Shown one piece after another: positions 25,211 to 33,133 of a stretch of DNA of 46,719 bases. Each line of letters opens with the position of its first letter. Position 1 is the stretch's first letter. The stretch is from Candidatus Kapaibacterium sp. (GTDB taxonomy: Bacteria > Bacteroidota > Ignavibacteria > Palsa-1295), in contig JBKJTP010000278.1 of assembly GCA_046590195.1 (NCBI GenBank), positions 1 to 46,719 of the forward strand, written 5' to 3'. The translations under genes and the position numbers were made by a program. The notes below the pieces were generated by a model that saw only the letters and a list, made by a program, of their open reading frames with translations, was not told the origin of the DNA and did no database searches.

Positions 25211-25609
25211 CTAAGGTTCTCTGAACGAGATAACTTCAAGTTTTAAATGAGCGCGTGGATCACTGGTGAATGCCAGCGTTCCACGCGCTTTTTCTTCGCC
25301 GTCGAGAAAGTCGATATCAAAGTCGCGAGTCTCATTACCGAGCGTGCCCTGGATCTTAACTCCTTCTGCAGTCTTGCTTCCGGTATTCGTTACCTCGATC
25401 GGGATGTAGTGAATGCCATTCGCCTCGCGATACAGACTGTCCAGCGTTCTCGCGAAGATCGCTGGAGGGTTGTCCCCTTTGTTGTATCGGTTGAAGATCA
25501 CGAGCGCTACAAGTGCAAGTACGATGAACGCGCTCACGCAAAGGCTTACCCATTCGGCAAGCGTGCGCTTCTGACGTTTCTGATCTCGCGGGAAATGTGC
25601 TTTGCTCAT
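25211..25609 (-). CDS. Small N-terminally anchored protein of unknown function (partner of the upstream membrane protein)
   Basis: 132 aa. One TM (WVSLCVSAFIVLALVALVIF), then a beta-rich domain (IHYIPIEVTNTGSKTAEGVKIQGTL...). It starts 3 nt after the stop of the 25613-26488 gene. It possibly belongs to TIGR02588 (recollection only). Confidence 0.7.
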   Translation of the reverse strand: MSKAHFPRDQKRQKRTLAEWVSLCVSAFIVLALVALVIFNRYNKGDNPPAIFARTLDSLYREANGIHYIPIEVTNTGSKTAEGVKIQGTLGNETRDFDIDFLDGEEKARGTLAFTSDPRAHLKLEVISFREP

Positions 25610-25612
25610 GAT

Positions 25613-26488
25613 CTAGATCGCAACTCGTCCTGCCGCTCCGCCGATCGCGGTTGGCAAGCCAAGGACGAGCACTTGTGAAACAGTGTTAGGGAGCGGGTTA
25701 TCAAAAGACACTTGGTCGAAAAGCAGGAGCATCACGAATGACAACGCAAGCGATACGATATAGGAGATCGTTGTCTCCGATGCCGGATGCTGGAAGATAC
25801 CATGGTCCTGCATCTCACCTTGCGGATCGAAGCCGCTTGCGAAAACGATGGCGTATGTAATGATCAGCGTGATAGCAACCAGCGCTAGCTCATTGATCCA
25901 GCCAAGTTCATTGGCGAGCATTGGGATCTCTTCGGTCGGTGCAATGCTGAATCCGATGATCACCGCGCCGGCGACAGTTGCCCCAATATCAGTGAGCGTA
26001 CGTTGCCACACACTTGAGTTCTTCGCGCGATGATGTTGATGGCTTCGGGGCTCGTCTTCACTGTTCTGATCATCCGAAGCTTTTGCGAACAAGATGTTCG
26101 AGACCGATGCGCCAATGCTCAACGGCACCGCCTGAAGCACTAGCATCCCAAGATTACTTTCGAACGGGTCGCTCCATGAGATGCGGTTCAAAACCGCAAG
26201 GACAAGCAGTGATCCCACAGAGCCAATGGCAACTGCATCGAGCGCTTCTTCAAGATTGCCAAGGATCGGCTTACTCCTGCGAAAGCCGCCAGCCGTGGCG
26301 AGTGCGTAGTTGATCAGCAGGGCGAATCCGAGCAAAGAGAGCAAGTGAGTGGTGGAGAGGTACTCGCCGATCCACCACATCTCCATCGTATAGAGAAACG
26401 GAATGCCTAGTAGAAAGGCGCCAGAAAGCCCACGCAAATACTCGTGAAGCTCCTGCTTCCACTCATTCGGAATCCGTAGGCGTTGCAT
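25613..26488 (-). CDS. Polytopic membrane protein with internal two-fold repeat, unknown function
   Basis: 291 aa with about 8 hydrophobic segments. Clear internal duplication (INYALATAGGF / ITYAIVFASGF; ISWSDPFESNLGMLVLQAVPLSIGASVS / VSFDNPLPNTVSQVLVLGLPTAIGGAAG). It possibly belongs to TIGR02587/DUF2391 (recollection only). Confidence 0.75.
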   Translation of the reverse strand: MQRLRIPNEWKQELHEYLRGLSGAFLLGIPFLYTMEMWWIGEYLSTTHLLSLLGFALLINYALATAGGFRRSKPILGNLEEALDAVAIGSVGSLLVLAVLNRISWSDPFESNLGMLVLQAVPLSIGASVSNILFAKASDDQNSEDEPRSHQHHRAKNSSVWQRTLTDIGATVAGAVIIGFSIAPTEEIPMLANELGWINELALVAITLIITYAIVFASGFDPQGEMQDHGIFQHPASETTISYIVSLALSFVMLLLFDQVSFDNPLPNTVSQVLVLGLPTAIGGAAGRVAI

Positions 26489-26650
26489 GGTGGTCGCTAG
26501 TAGATGCGATCGTCTAATTGGTTGATAACGGTTGTCCCACGAGAAACGGGCCAGTTGATCGGTGGATAGACGTCATGGTGTTCCGCTCTTGAATTTTTGA
26601 TCGATCTCAGCGGTTGAGCCCATTGAAGTCCTAAACCTCTGGTTTGACGC

Positions 26651-27352
26651 ATGGCAACATCCTCTTTTCTCGCAAGACTCGACAACGCAATCGGCGAGCA
26701 CGCCGTCTACGGTCATCCATTTTATAAAGCCTGGACCGCTGGAAAGCTAGCCCTCGCTGATCTTCAGGAGTACGCAAAACAGTACTATCATTTCGAGAAG
26801 GCTTTCCCGACCTTTGTGAGTGGTGTGCATTCGAACACCGAAGATCCGGAGACGCGCCATCAGTTGTTGCTCAATCTCATCGAAGAAGAGCACGGCGAGA
26901 ATAATCATCCGGAGCTTTGGCTTCGGTTTGCCGAGTCACTCGGTGTCGATCGTGATGCCGTGCGAAACGCGCAGTTGAATGATGCGACGAAGGAATTGCT
27001 TGCGACATTCCGCAAGCTTACTCGCGATGGCAATACGTACGAGGGTCTCGCAGCGCTCTATGCTTACGAGAGCCAGATACCGGAGAACTCACGCGCCAAG
27101 ATCGACGGCTTGATCCGACACTACGGCATCACAAGCGATGACGGCCTAAGCTTCTTCCGTGTGCATGAAGAAGCAGATGAGATCCATAGCCGCTCAGAAC
27201 GCGAGCATCTTGCGGGCCTTATCCGCACAGAGCAGGATGAAGAGCAAGCGATCGAATCAGCGCGTGTCGCATCGATCGCGATCTACAACATGCTTACGGG
27301 GATCGAAGCAAGTTGCACGAAGCTTCGCACAGATGCAGCGCTTCAGAGCTAA
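26651..27352 (+). CDS. CADD/PqqC/TenA-like heme-oxygenase-fold di-iron protein
   Basis: HPFYKAWTAGKLALADLQEYAKQYYHFEKAFP, LIEEEHGENNHPELWLRFAESLG, YAYESQIPE and FFRVHEEADEIHS give carboxylate/His ligand spacing like the CADD family. Confidence 0.7.
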   Translation: MATSSFLARLDNAIGEHAVYGHPFYKAWTAGKLALADLQEYAKQYYHFEKAFPTFVSGVHSNTEDPETRHQLLLNLIEEEHGENNHPELWLRFAESLGVDRDAVRNAQLNDATKELLATFRKLTRDGNTYEGLAALYAYESQIPENSRAKIDGLIRHYGITSDDGLSFFRVHEEADEIHSRSEREHLAGLIRTEQDEEQAIESARVASIAIYNMLTGIEASCTKLRTDAALQS

Positions 27353-27362
27353 CCAGCAAGAG

Positions 27363-29264
27363 TTACTTGGTAAAGCGAGATCTCAACATTGTCCCGTTAG
27401 AAGTTAACTCTAAAAGATAGCTACCGTCGGATAAATGCGCGATGTCCAACGGTGTTCCGATATACGGCTGCGCGAACACCTGGCGGCCGATCATATCATA
27501 GATCGTCAAGTTTGCACTCTCCACTGTTCCAGGTAGGGTCAATGTCAAGTGGGCATCAACGCTGACCATGGCAACGAAATCAGGTTGGTTAAGCTGTTCA
27601 ACCTTTCCAACGCTAATGGAATTAAGAGCAGCTTCTAACAATTCATCTCGCCCTTCGCGAATGCCTTCTAGAGTTGGAGTGACTGTAATGTCTTCCTCTA
27701 TTCCTACGATCTGCGTCTCCCTGCGATCAGGATAAAGCACTCCACAACCGGAGTATTTAAGAGAAAGCCCAGTGGGAAAGGCCAGCGTCGACACATTGCC
27801 ATCTGCACCGGCTGTCTGCGAGCCGATGATCTTCGCGTTCGGATGTGTCTGCCACGCCATAATGTGAAACTCAGCAGAGGACTGAGTGACTTGATTCTGA
27901 AGAATGCGCACCTCCCCGCGGTAATAGTTTGGGTTTGATGTGGTGGGGCCACAATAGAGATCCCTTCCAGTGAACGTACCTGGAGAGGTTGGGTTTGGGA
28001 AGTAGAAGTTGCAAAAAGCTCTTCGTGACTGTAGCAGCAAGTCAGCGACAGCGTAGAGGACAAACTCATTCGGATAATTGCGTATGTCGAAGATGATCGC
28101 TTTGGATGATCTGAGGTCTTGGTACATCTCAGGCACCTCGGCAACCGTCAATAAGCCTCCATTCACGTACCCAATGTTTCCTGGAAGTACCTTCCAGGAA
28201 ACATGGCCATCGCCACGAGGATGGATAAGTGAATCCGATGCGCGTACAGCATTGCTAGAGCGCTGAAGTGTTACCGTACGGATGCCATCAGTATTCTCGA
28301 CTTCAAGAGTGCATTCAAGTAATTGTCCTCGCAAAAGATAGGTAGAGATGTTGCGGTCAATGATCTCTTGCGCACCGCCGTGTACATAGGGCCGAAGCGA
28401 ATCGCGGATCATTTGAACAGGCGTGCCATCGATCTTCACTACCACGTCACCGACCCGCAAGTCATCAACGCCAGAAAAGACCTTCGTGATCACTGTCTTG
28501 CCTTCGACCAGAGCAAGCAGACATGGAAGATACCGAGAGCCAAAGTGCTCCGTCAATACAGTACTTATCGAACTGCTGTGAGCATCCCTTTGACGCGATT
28601 GATAGCGTGTGAACGCAAGATGCAGATCCAGAACAGAGGACACACTTGCAAAGTGTGGAATGAGGTCCGCAAGAGCAGTATCCCACGAAGGTTCAATGAG
28701 GCGCTTGTACGGAGAATAATAGTTGTGAACATTCCATGCACGGAATAAGAGCAAGAGTGGATAGGAGGAGCTCGTCGCAACACTATCGGGATAATCTTCC
28801 TCGTCGAGCAGATACACCGTCTCATTACCGCCACTCTTGAAATAGCAATTGGCAAACGGTCTGAAGTTCACTCTGATCGAATCAAGCCTGGATCTGACCG
28901 AAGCTGGAAGTGTAGAACTTTGATGCCAGCGTAGATCGAGGTTGAGCTTGTTGATGGTGTCGACTTTGACCTCAGGCTTGGTTGCTACCGGGATCGGACC
29001 CGCTTGCTCAAAAAGCTGAAGGAGACCTCGCTCGTACGAGCCAGAGCTTGTCGCAGTATCAGCGATCGCGATAGACTTGAGCAATACGCTGTCCATGTTG
29101 TTGATGCAGCCGGATGCCCCTGGGTGAAAGTACTTGATGTATCCCCATACCTTACAGGTTTGGACGAGTCGATCGGACTTGCTCGGCAGAGACTGCGACT
29201 GCGACACAAACGGCAATAGCAGGACGACCAGGTAAATGCATGCTCGCAACCAGGTTGTACACAT
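27363..29264 (-). CDS. Secreted S41-family (C-terminal-processing-type) peptidase with T9SS C-terminal sorting domain
   Basis: Signal peptide MCTTWLRACIYLVVLLLPFVSQSQS. PDZ-like GDVVVKIDGTPV. S41-like VTQSSAEFHIMAW...GSQTAGADGN. The last 70-80 aa (LTIYDMIGRQVFAQPY...LSDGSYLLELTSNGTMLRSRFTK) look like a Por/T9SS type A sorting domain. Confidence 0.7.
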   Translation of the reverse strand: MCTTWLRACIYLVVLLLPFVSQSQSLPSKSDRLVQTCKVWGYIKYFHPGASGCINNMDSVLLKSIAIADTATSSGSYERGLLQLFEQAGPIPVATKPEVKVDTINKLNLDLRWHQSSTLPASVRSRLDSIRVNFRPFANCYFKSGGNETVYLLDEEDYPDSVATSSSYPLLLLFRAWNVHNYYSPYKRLIEPSWDTALADLIPHFASVSSVLDLHLAFTRYQSRQRDAHSSSISTVLTEHFGSRYLPCLLALVEGKTVITKVFSGVDDLRVGDVVVKIDGTPVQMIRDSLRPYVHGGAQEIIDRNISTYLLRGQLLECTLEVENTDGIRTVTLQRSSNAVRASDSLIHPRGDGHVSWKVLPGNIGYVNGGLLTVAEVPEMYQDLRSSKAIIFDIRNYPNEFVLYAVADLLLQSRRAFCNFYFPNPTSPGTFTGRDLYCGPTTSNPNYYRGEVRILQNQVTQSSAEFHIMAWQTHPNAKIIGSQTAGADGNVSTLAFPTGLSLKYSGCGVLYPDRRETQIVGIEEDITVTPTLEGIREGRDELLEAALNSISVGKVEQLNQPDFVAMVSVDAHLTLTLPGTVESANLTIYDMIGRQVFAQPYIGTPLDIAHLSDGSYLLELTSNGTMLRSRFTK

Positions 29265-29357
29265 GATTCTTAGGTTATTGACAAGACAACACTCTCACAG
29301 GATCGATAGCGAATATACGGGAAATTCCGGCAGCCACTTCGCGACCTCAAAATTTAC

Positions 29358-29389
29358 AAACAAGAAAGGGGCAGCTGTTTGCCGCCCCC
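29358..29389 (-). terminator. Terminator downstream of the yihY-like gene (minus strand)
   Basis: Minus-strand GGGGCGGC-aaaca-GCTGCCCC (one G-U pair) followed by TTTCTTGTTT. Confidence 0.6.
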
Positions 29390-29420
29390 TACATTTGCTG
29401 TTGTCTGATTAAAACCGTCT

Positions 29421-30374
29421 TCATACTCTGCCAGGGCTCACCTTTGACACACCGGGCTTTGGTGGACCGGTTGGCTTCTCCGTACCCTTCTCCTGCGCGA
29501 TCTTCGGTGCCGCTCGCGAGCCCTTCTCTAACGCGGCTGCTGCGATCTCTGCGTTGATCTCGCCACCCACCATGATCGCGAGTCCCAGAAGGTAGAGCCA
29601 TAACATCAGTACGATCACAGCACCTAACGCCCCGTACGTTGCTGCATAGCCTCCGCTAAATTGTAGATATAGTGAGAACGCGATGGAGCAGAAAACGAAC
29701 ATGACCACGCCGATCGCGGAGCCTGGGGTTACCCACTTCCAGTTTTGTCCTTTCACATTGGGTCCAAGATAATAGATCACCTCTAGACCGAAGAACATGA
29801 ACCCTACACCGATGATGTAATGGAGCAGTGTGCCCACCGTTTCGATCCATGCAAGGCCAGTTTGCTCGGCTCCCCATTCGGAGATCTTGCCGCCAGCCAT
29901 GAGCGCCACAGCCCCGGCGATGATGAGGAGTGCAAGCGCCACGGTCAAGCCAACTGCAAGCAGGCGTTGCTTGATCAACCCTCTCGTCTCTTGCACATCG
30001 TAGACTCGGTTGAGCCCGTCAAGCAGCGAAACAACTCCGGAAGATGCAGCCCAAAGTGTACCTAATGCACCGAGGGTGAGCAGCCCTCCTCCAGAATCTA
30101 ACATTACTCGCTGGATCTCAGTGGTGATCAACTTGGAAGCATCGCCAGGCATTGCCGCCTCTAATGTTCTCGAGACAGTATTCACGAGATCAAGTGCGGA
30201 GATAGACGCGAGCACGCTTATGAGAAAGATCAGCAGCGGAAATATCGCCAGCATGAAGTAGTACGCGAGCGCCGCTGCCGCATCGAACACCGCGTCATCG
30301 GTCATTTCCTTCCAAACTCGCTTGCCGAGCTGCTTTATCGAGAGTCCTCCAAAATCCCACGGACCAAATGCCAT
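29421..30374 (-). CDS. YihY/BrkB family inner-membrane protein
   Basis: 317 aa. AAALAYYFMLAIFPLLIFLISVL and six TM segments typical of YihY (formerly called ribonuclease BN-like), plus a Pro/Lys-rich C-terminal tail. Confidence 0.8.
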   Translation of the reverse strand: MAFGPWDFGGLSIKQLGKRVWKEMTDDAVFDAAAALAYYFMLAIFPLLIFLISVLASISALDLVNTVSRTLEAAMPGDASKLITTEIQRVMLDSGGGLLTLGALGTLWAASSGVVSLLDGLNRVYDVQETRGLIKQRLLAVGLTVALALLIIAGAVALMAGGKISEWGAEQTGLAWIETVGTLLHYIIGVGFMFFGLEVIYYLGPNVKGQNWKWVTPGSAIGVVMFVFCSIAFSLYLQFSGGYAATYGALGAVIVLMLWLYLLGLAIMVGGEINAEIAAAALEKGSRAAPKIAQEKGTEKPTGPPKPGVSKVSPGRV

Positions 30375-30516
30375 AATCGCTTAATCTAAGTCTTTTGGGC
30401 CGCTTATGTGAATGCCGTGCCACAAAGAACGCTCGCGAAACAGAACTGAAAAGGCGGTGAACTATCCTGTGAAGTGAGTATGTGGATAACTTTCCAAGAT
30501 TTTTTCCCAAAATGAC

Positions 30517-30546
30517 TTGACTTTTGAGAATAATTGCTTATATTTG
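30517..30546 (+). promoter_or_regulatory. Candidate dcw (Pmra-equivalent) promoter
   Basis: TTGACT (30517-30522), a 16-nt spacer, then TATATT (30539-30544). The -10 region also reads TAtaTTTG, the Bacteroidetes-type extended -7 motif. Confidence 0.5.
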
Positions 30547-30557
30547 TAGAAATCAAC

Positions 30558-30582
30558 GTGGGTCAAAGTGGGTAGTGCACCC
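30558..30582 (+). promoter_or_regulatory. Candidate MraZ operator (GTGGG direct repeats at 10-bp spacing)
   Basis: caacGTGGGTcaaaGTGGGTagtgCACCC. GTGGG sits at 30558 and 30568, and the third unit is inverted (CACCC). It lies immediately downstream of the candidate -10, the position where E. coli MraZ binds TGGGN repeats. Confidence 0.5.
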
Positions 30583-30712
30583 TCTTACTCTAGTGAAAGT
30601 GAAGAGCAAGGGGAGTGATTATTGTAGTTCTCATAGCCCGTGGACGATCTCGCACATCTTGTGGAGATTCGTCGAATAGCTATCCACTACTGCGTGGTAT
30701 TTCGCCCAATAC

Positions 30713-31165
30713 ATGTCTTCGTTCAAAGGAAGCGATACATACATAGTTGACGCCAAAGGTCGAGTGTCTATCCCATCGAAGATGCGGAAGAACATTCAGC
30801 CTGCAGCACAGCTAACTTTCGTGCTCACCCGTGGGATGGAGAAGTGTCTCTACGCCTACCCGCTGGATGAGTGGAAGCGCCTGGAGGAGAATATCCGCAG
30901 CCTTCCGCAGACCAATGAGAAAGACCGGTTCTTCGTCCGCATGCTGATGCAGTGGAGCGAGGAAGTGGTGCTCGATTCGCAGTTTCGTCTCTTGCTTCCA
31001 AAGAGCCTGATGGAATTTGCAGAGATACAAAAGGAAGTGTTCTTTATCGGAGTACTCGATCACATCGAATTGTGGAATCCTGAGAACTTCCGTAAATATC
31101 TTGAAGGCAAGAAGGAGAGCTACGAAAGCGTAGCCGAAAGCGTCATGGGGATCAAGCGAGGTTAA
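30713..31165 (+). CDS. mraZ: Transcriptional regulator MraZ
   Basis: 150 aa. DAKGRVSIPSKMRK and a second SpoVT/AbrB-like repeat (DSQFRLLLPKSLMEFAEI). It is the first gene of the dcw cluster. Confidence 0.9.
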   Translation: MSSFKGSDTYIVDAKGRVSIPSKMRKNIQPAAQLTFVLTRGMEKCLYAYPLDEWKRLEENIRSLPQTNEKDRFFVRMLMQWSEEVVLDSQFRLLLPKSLMEFAEIQKEVFFIGVLDHIELWNPENFRKYLEGKKESYESVAESVMGIKRG

Positions 31166-31180
31166 CTCGCCCGAGTTAAC
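31161..31180. other. Perfect 9+9 inverted repeat spanning the mraZ stop codon
   Basis: GTTAACTCG-cc-CGAGTTAAC. The TAA stop of mraZ is at 31163-31165, inside the 5' arm. Confidence 0.8.
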
Positions 31181-31189
31181 TCGTTCTTC

Positions 31190-32188
31190 GTGTCCGCTAT
31201 GTCTTCAGCAGATCGTTCATTGAAACATAACTCTTCTTCAGCCTTCAGCGAATACGCTTCGAGCTATCACGATCCTGTGATGCTCAAAGAAGTACTCGAG
31301 AGTCTCGATCTGAAAAGCGGTGGGGTCTATATCGACTGCACGCTCGGCGGAGGTGGATATGCAGAAGCCATTCTCGAAAGGATTGACGATGGCAAACTCT
31401 ACGGATTCGATACCGATCCTCACGCGATGGACTTCGCAGGCAAGCGCCTGGCGAAGTTCGGTGACAGGTTCGAGATCGTACCGGAGAACTTCGCAAGCAT
31501 TGAGTCAGCACTCAAAGCACGAGATGTCGAGAAGGTCGATGGCATTGTCTACGATCTGGGTGTATCGAGCAATCAGTTTGATACTGGATCCATAGGGCTC
31601 AGCTACCGTGTCGAAGCAAAGCTTGACATGCGGCTGGATCCAAGACTTCCGGTCTCAGCATGGCAGGTCGTTAATGAGTTTAGCGACGAAGAGTTAAAAC
31701 GAATTTTTAAGTGGTACGGTGAAGAACCCTTCGCCGGACCGATAGCCCGTAAGATCACCGCGGCACGATTGATCAAGCCTGTCGAAACGACGACAGAACT
31801 TGCAGAGGTCGTGACCAAGGGTGTCAGGGAAGACAAGAAAGCATCGACGCTTTCACGCATCTTTCAAGCGCTCAGGATCGAAGTGAATCATGAGCTTGAA
31901 AGTTTGACAAGTTCGCTTGAACAGGCAATCGGCCTGCTTAAGCAATCAGGGAGGATAGTTGTCGTCAGCTATCACTCTCTTGAGGATCGGATCGTCAAGG
32001 ATCTCTTTCGAGAGCAGAGCGAGCCCAAGGTTGAACCAGGCTCACTCCGCTCTCTAAAGGAATCCATCGATCTCGCCCGGGCCACTCTCGAGTTGATCGA
32101 GCGAAAGCCCGTTATTCCTTCGGATGAAGAGACGTCACTTAATCCGAGAGCCCGCAGCGCAAAGCTGAGAGCAGCTCGTAGAAGATGA
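31190..32188 (+). CDS. rsmH: 16S rRNA (cytosine1402-N4)-methyltransferase RsmH (MraW)
   Basis: HDPVMLKEVLESL, SAM motif YIDCTLGGGGYAEAIL, DLGVSSNQFD and SYHSLEDRIVK. GTG at 31190 or ATG at 31199. Confidence 0.9.
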   Translation: MSAMSSADRSLKHNSSSAFSEYASSYHDPVMLKEVLESLDLKSGGVYIDCTLGGGGYAEAILERIDDGKLYGFDTDPHAMDFAGKRLAKFGDRFEIVPENFASIESALKARDVEKVDGIVYDLGVSSNQFDTGSIGLSYRVEAKLDMRLDPRLPVSAWQVVNEFSDEELKRIFKWYGEEPFAGPIARKITAARLIKPVETTTELAEVVTKGVREDKKASTLSRIFQALRIEVNHELESLTSSLEQAIGLLKQSGRIVVVSYHSLEDRIVKDLFREQSEPKVEPGSLRSLKESIDLARATLELIERKPVIPSDEETSLNPRARSAKLRAARRR

Positions 32189-32453
32189 GTCATTTTGTTT
32201 GAGTAAGCCAGGCCAGCTGGGCAACCAGTTAGCTCTTGAACCAGCTCACTGGGCAACCAGGGAAGCTCCCAAGTTTGTCAATTGATGGATTCTTTAAGTG
32301 TTAACACGGCCCATCAGGGTTCGCGTGTTAGAGTTCACGTTTTTAGTAGTGCTGTAGCCCTGTCCCGATATGATGCTTCCTCTAGGAAGAAGCATCATGT
32401 TACTTATAATGTCCTGAACAGAGAATCGACTAAGTAAGGAGTATTCACAAGCA

Positions 32454-33020
32454 ATGACCCAAATATCGATCGCATCCCGTCCGGGTGTGGTAAGGGATCC
32501 CTTTGCTTCAGATCGAACGAAGCCGAGTCTCATGCGACCGAGCCAACGCCCAATGATCGGCCGGCCGCATATCGGGAAGCCTCTGTCCGGTGGCCACTTA
32601 GCAGCAGCCATAGGTGGAAGCATTCGTGATAACAATTTACATGAAGAAGACGAGGATGACGAACAGGGACCTCCTGATGAGTCCACTCCGGCTTCATCAA
32701 TACCAGGTATGCGAAGTGCGCAGCCTGAGACGCTCGAGAAGGTCGTCAAGCGCATCCCAACACTCTACGTTATCGCTTTCTTTGGCGTCGTAGTGATGTG
32801 CGCTGTATCGATCATCTGGAATACGCTTCAGGTCAATCGTCTGACACTCGAGAAGACTCGAGCGAATGACCGCATCGCGCAGACCGAGCAACGCCTGATC
32901 AAACTCCGCGCGCAAGAGATGCAGCTATCCGCCCCAAGTAGGATACGAGCAATTGCCAAGGAGAGACTAGGCATGATCGAAGAGACAGGAAGCGAAGTAG
33001 TCTTCGTAAAGCCGCAGTAA
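32454..33020 (+). CDS. ftsL: FtsL-like cell division protein with N-terminal extension
   Basis: The C-terminal roughly 100 aa comprise a single TM (LYVIAFFGVVVMCAVSIIW), a coiled coil (LEKTRANDRIAQTEQRLIKLRAQEMQL) and RIRAIAKERLGM, in the position between rsmH and ftsI. The start is uncertain (32454 or ATG 32709). Confidence 0.6.
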   Translation: MTQISIASRPGVVRDPFASDRTKPSLMRPSQRPMIGRPHIGKPLSGGHLAAAIGGSIRDNNLHEEDEDDEQGPPDESTPASSIPGMRSAQPETLEKVVKRIPTLYVIAFFGVVVMCAVSIIWNTLQVNRLTLEKTRANDRIAQTEQRLIKLRAQEMQLSAPSRIRAIAKERLGMIEETGSEVVFVKPQ

Positions 33021-33133
33021 AGCGGTGGCAGTATAAAGTGTAGCTGGTTACCCAATAGCCAGTAAGTGCTTAGGCAGACGAGTCTGTCGCGTGAAGGCAG
33101 TAGAAGTTTAGCAATTTTATCTTTGTCGTAATC

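Noticed and set aside
26497-26685. 62-aa minus-strand ORF between the membrane-protein gene and the CADD-like gene.
   Set aside because: It overlaps the CADD-like gene start and the divergent promoter region, and has no motif or signal.
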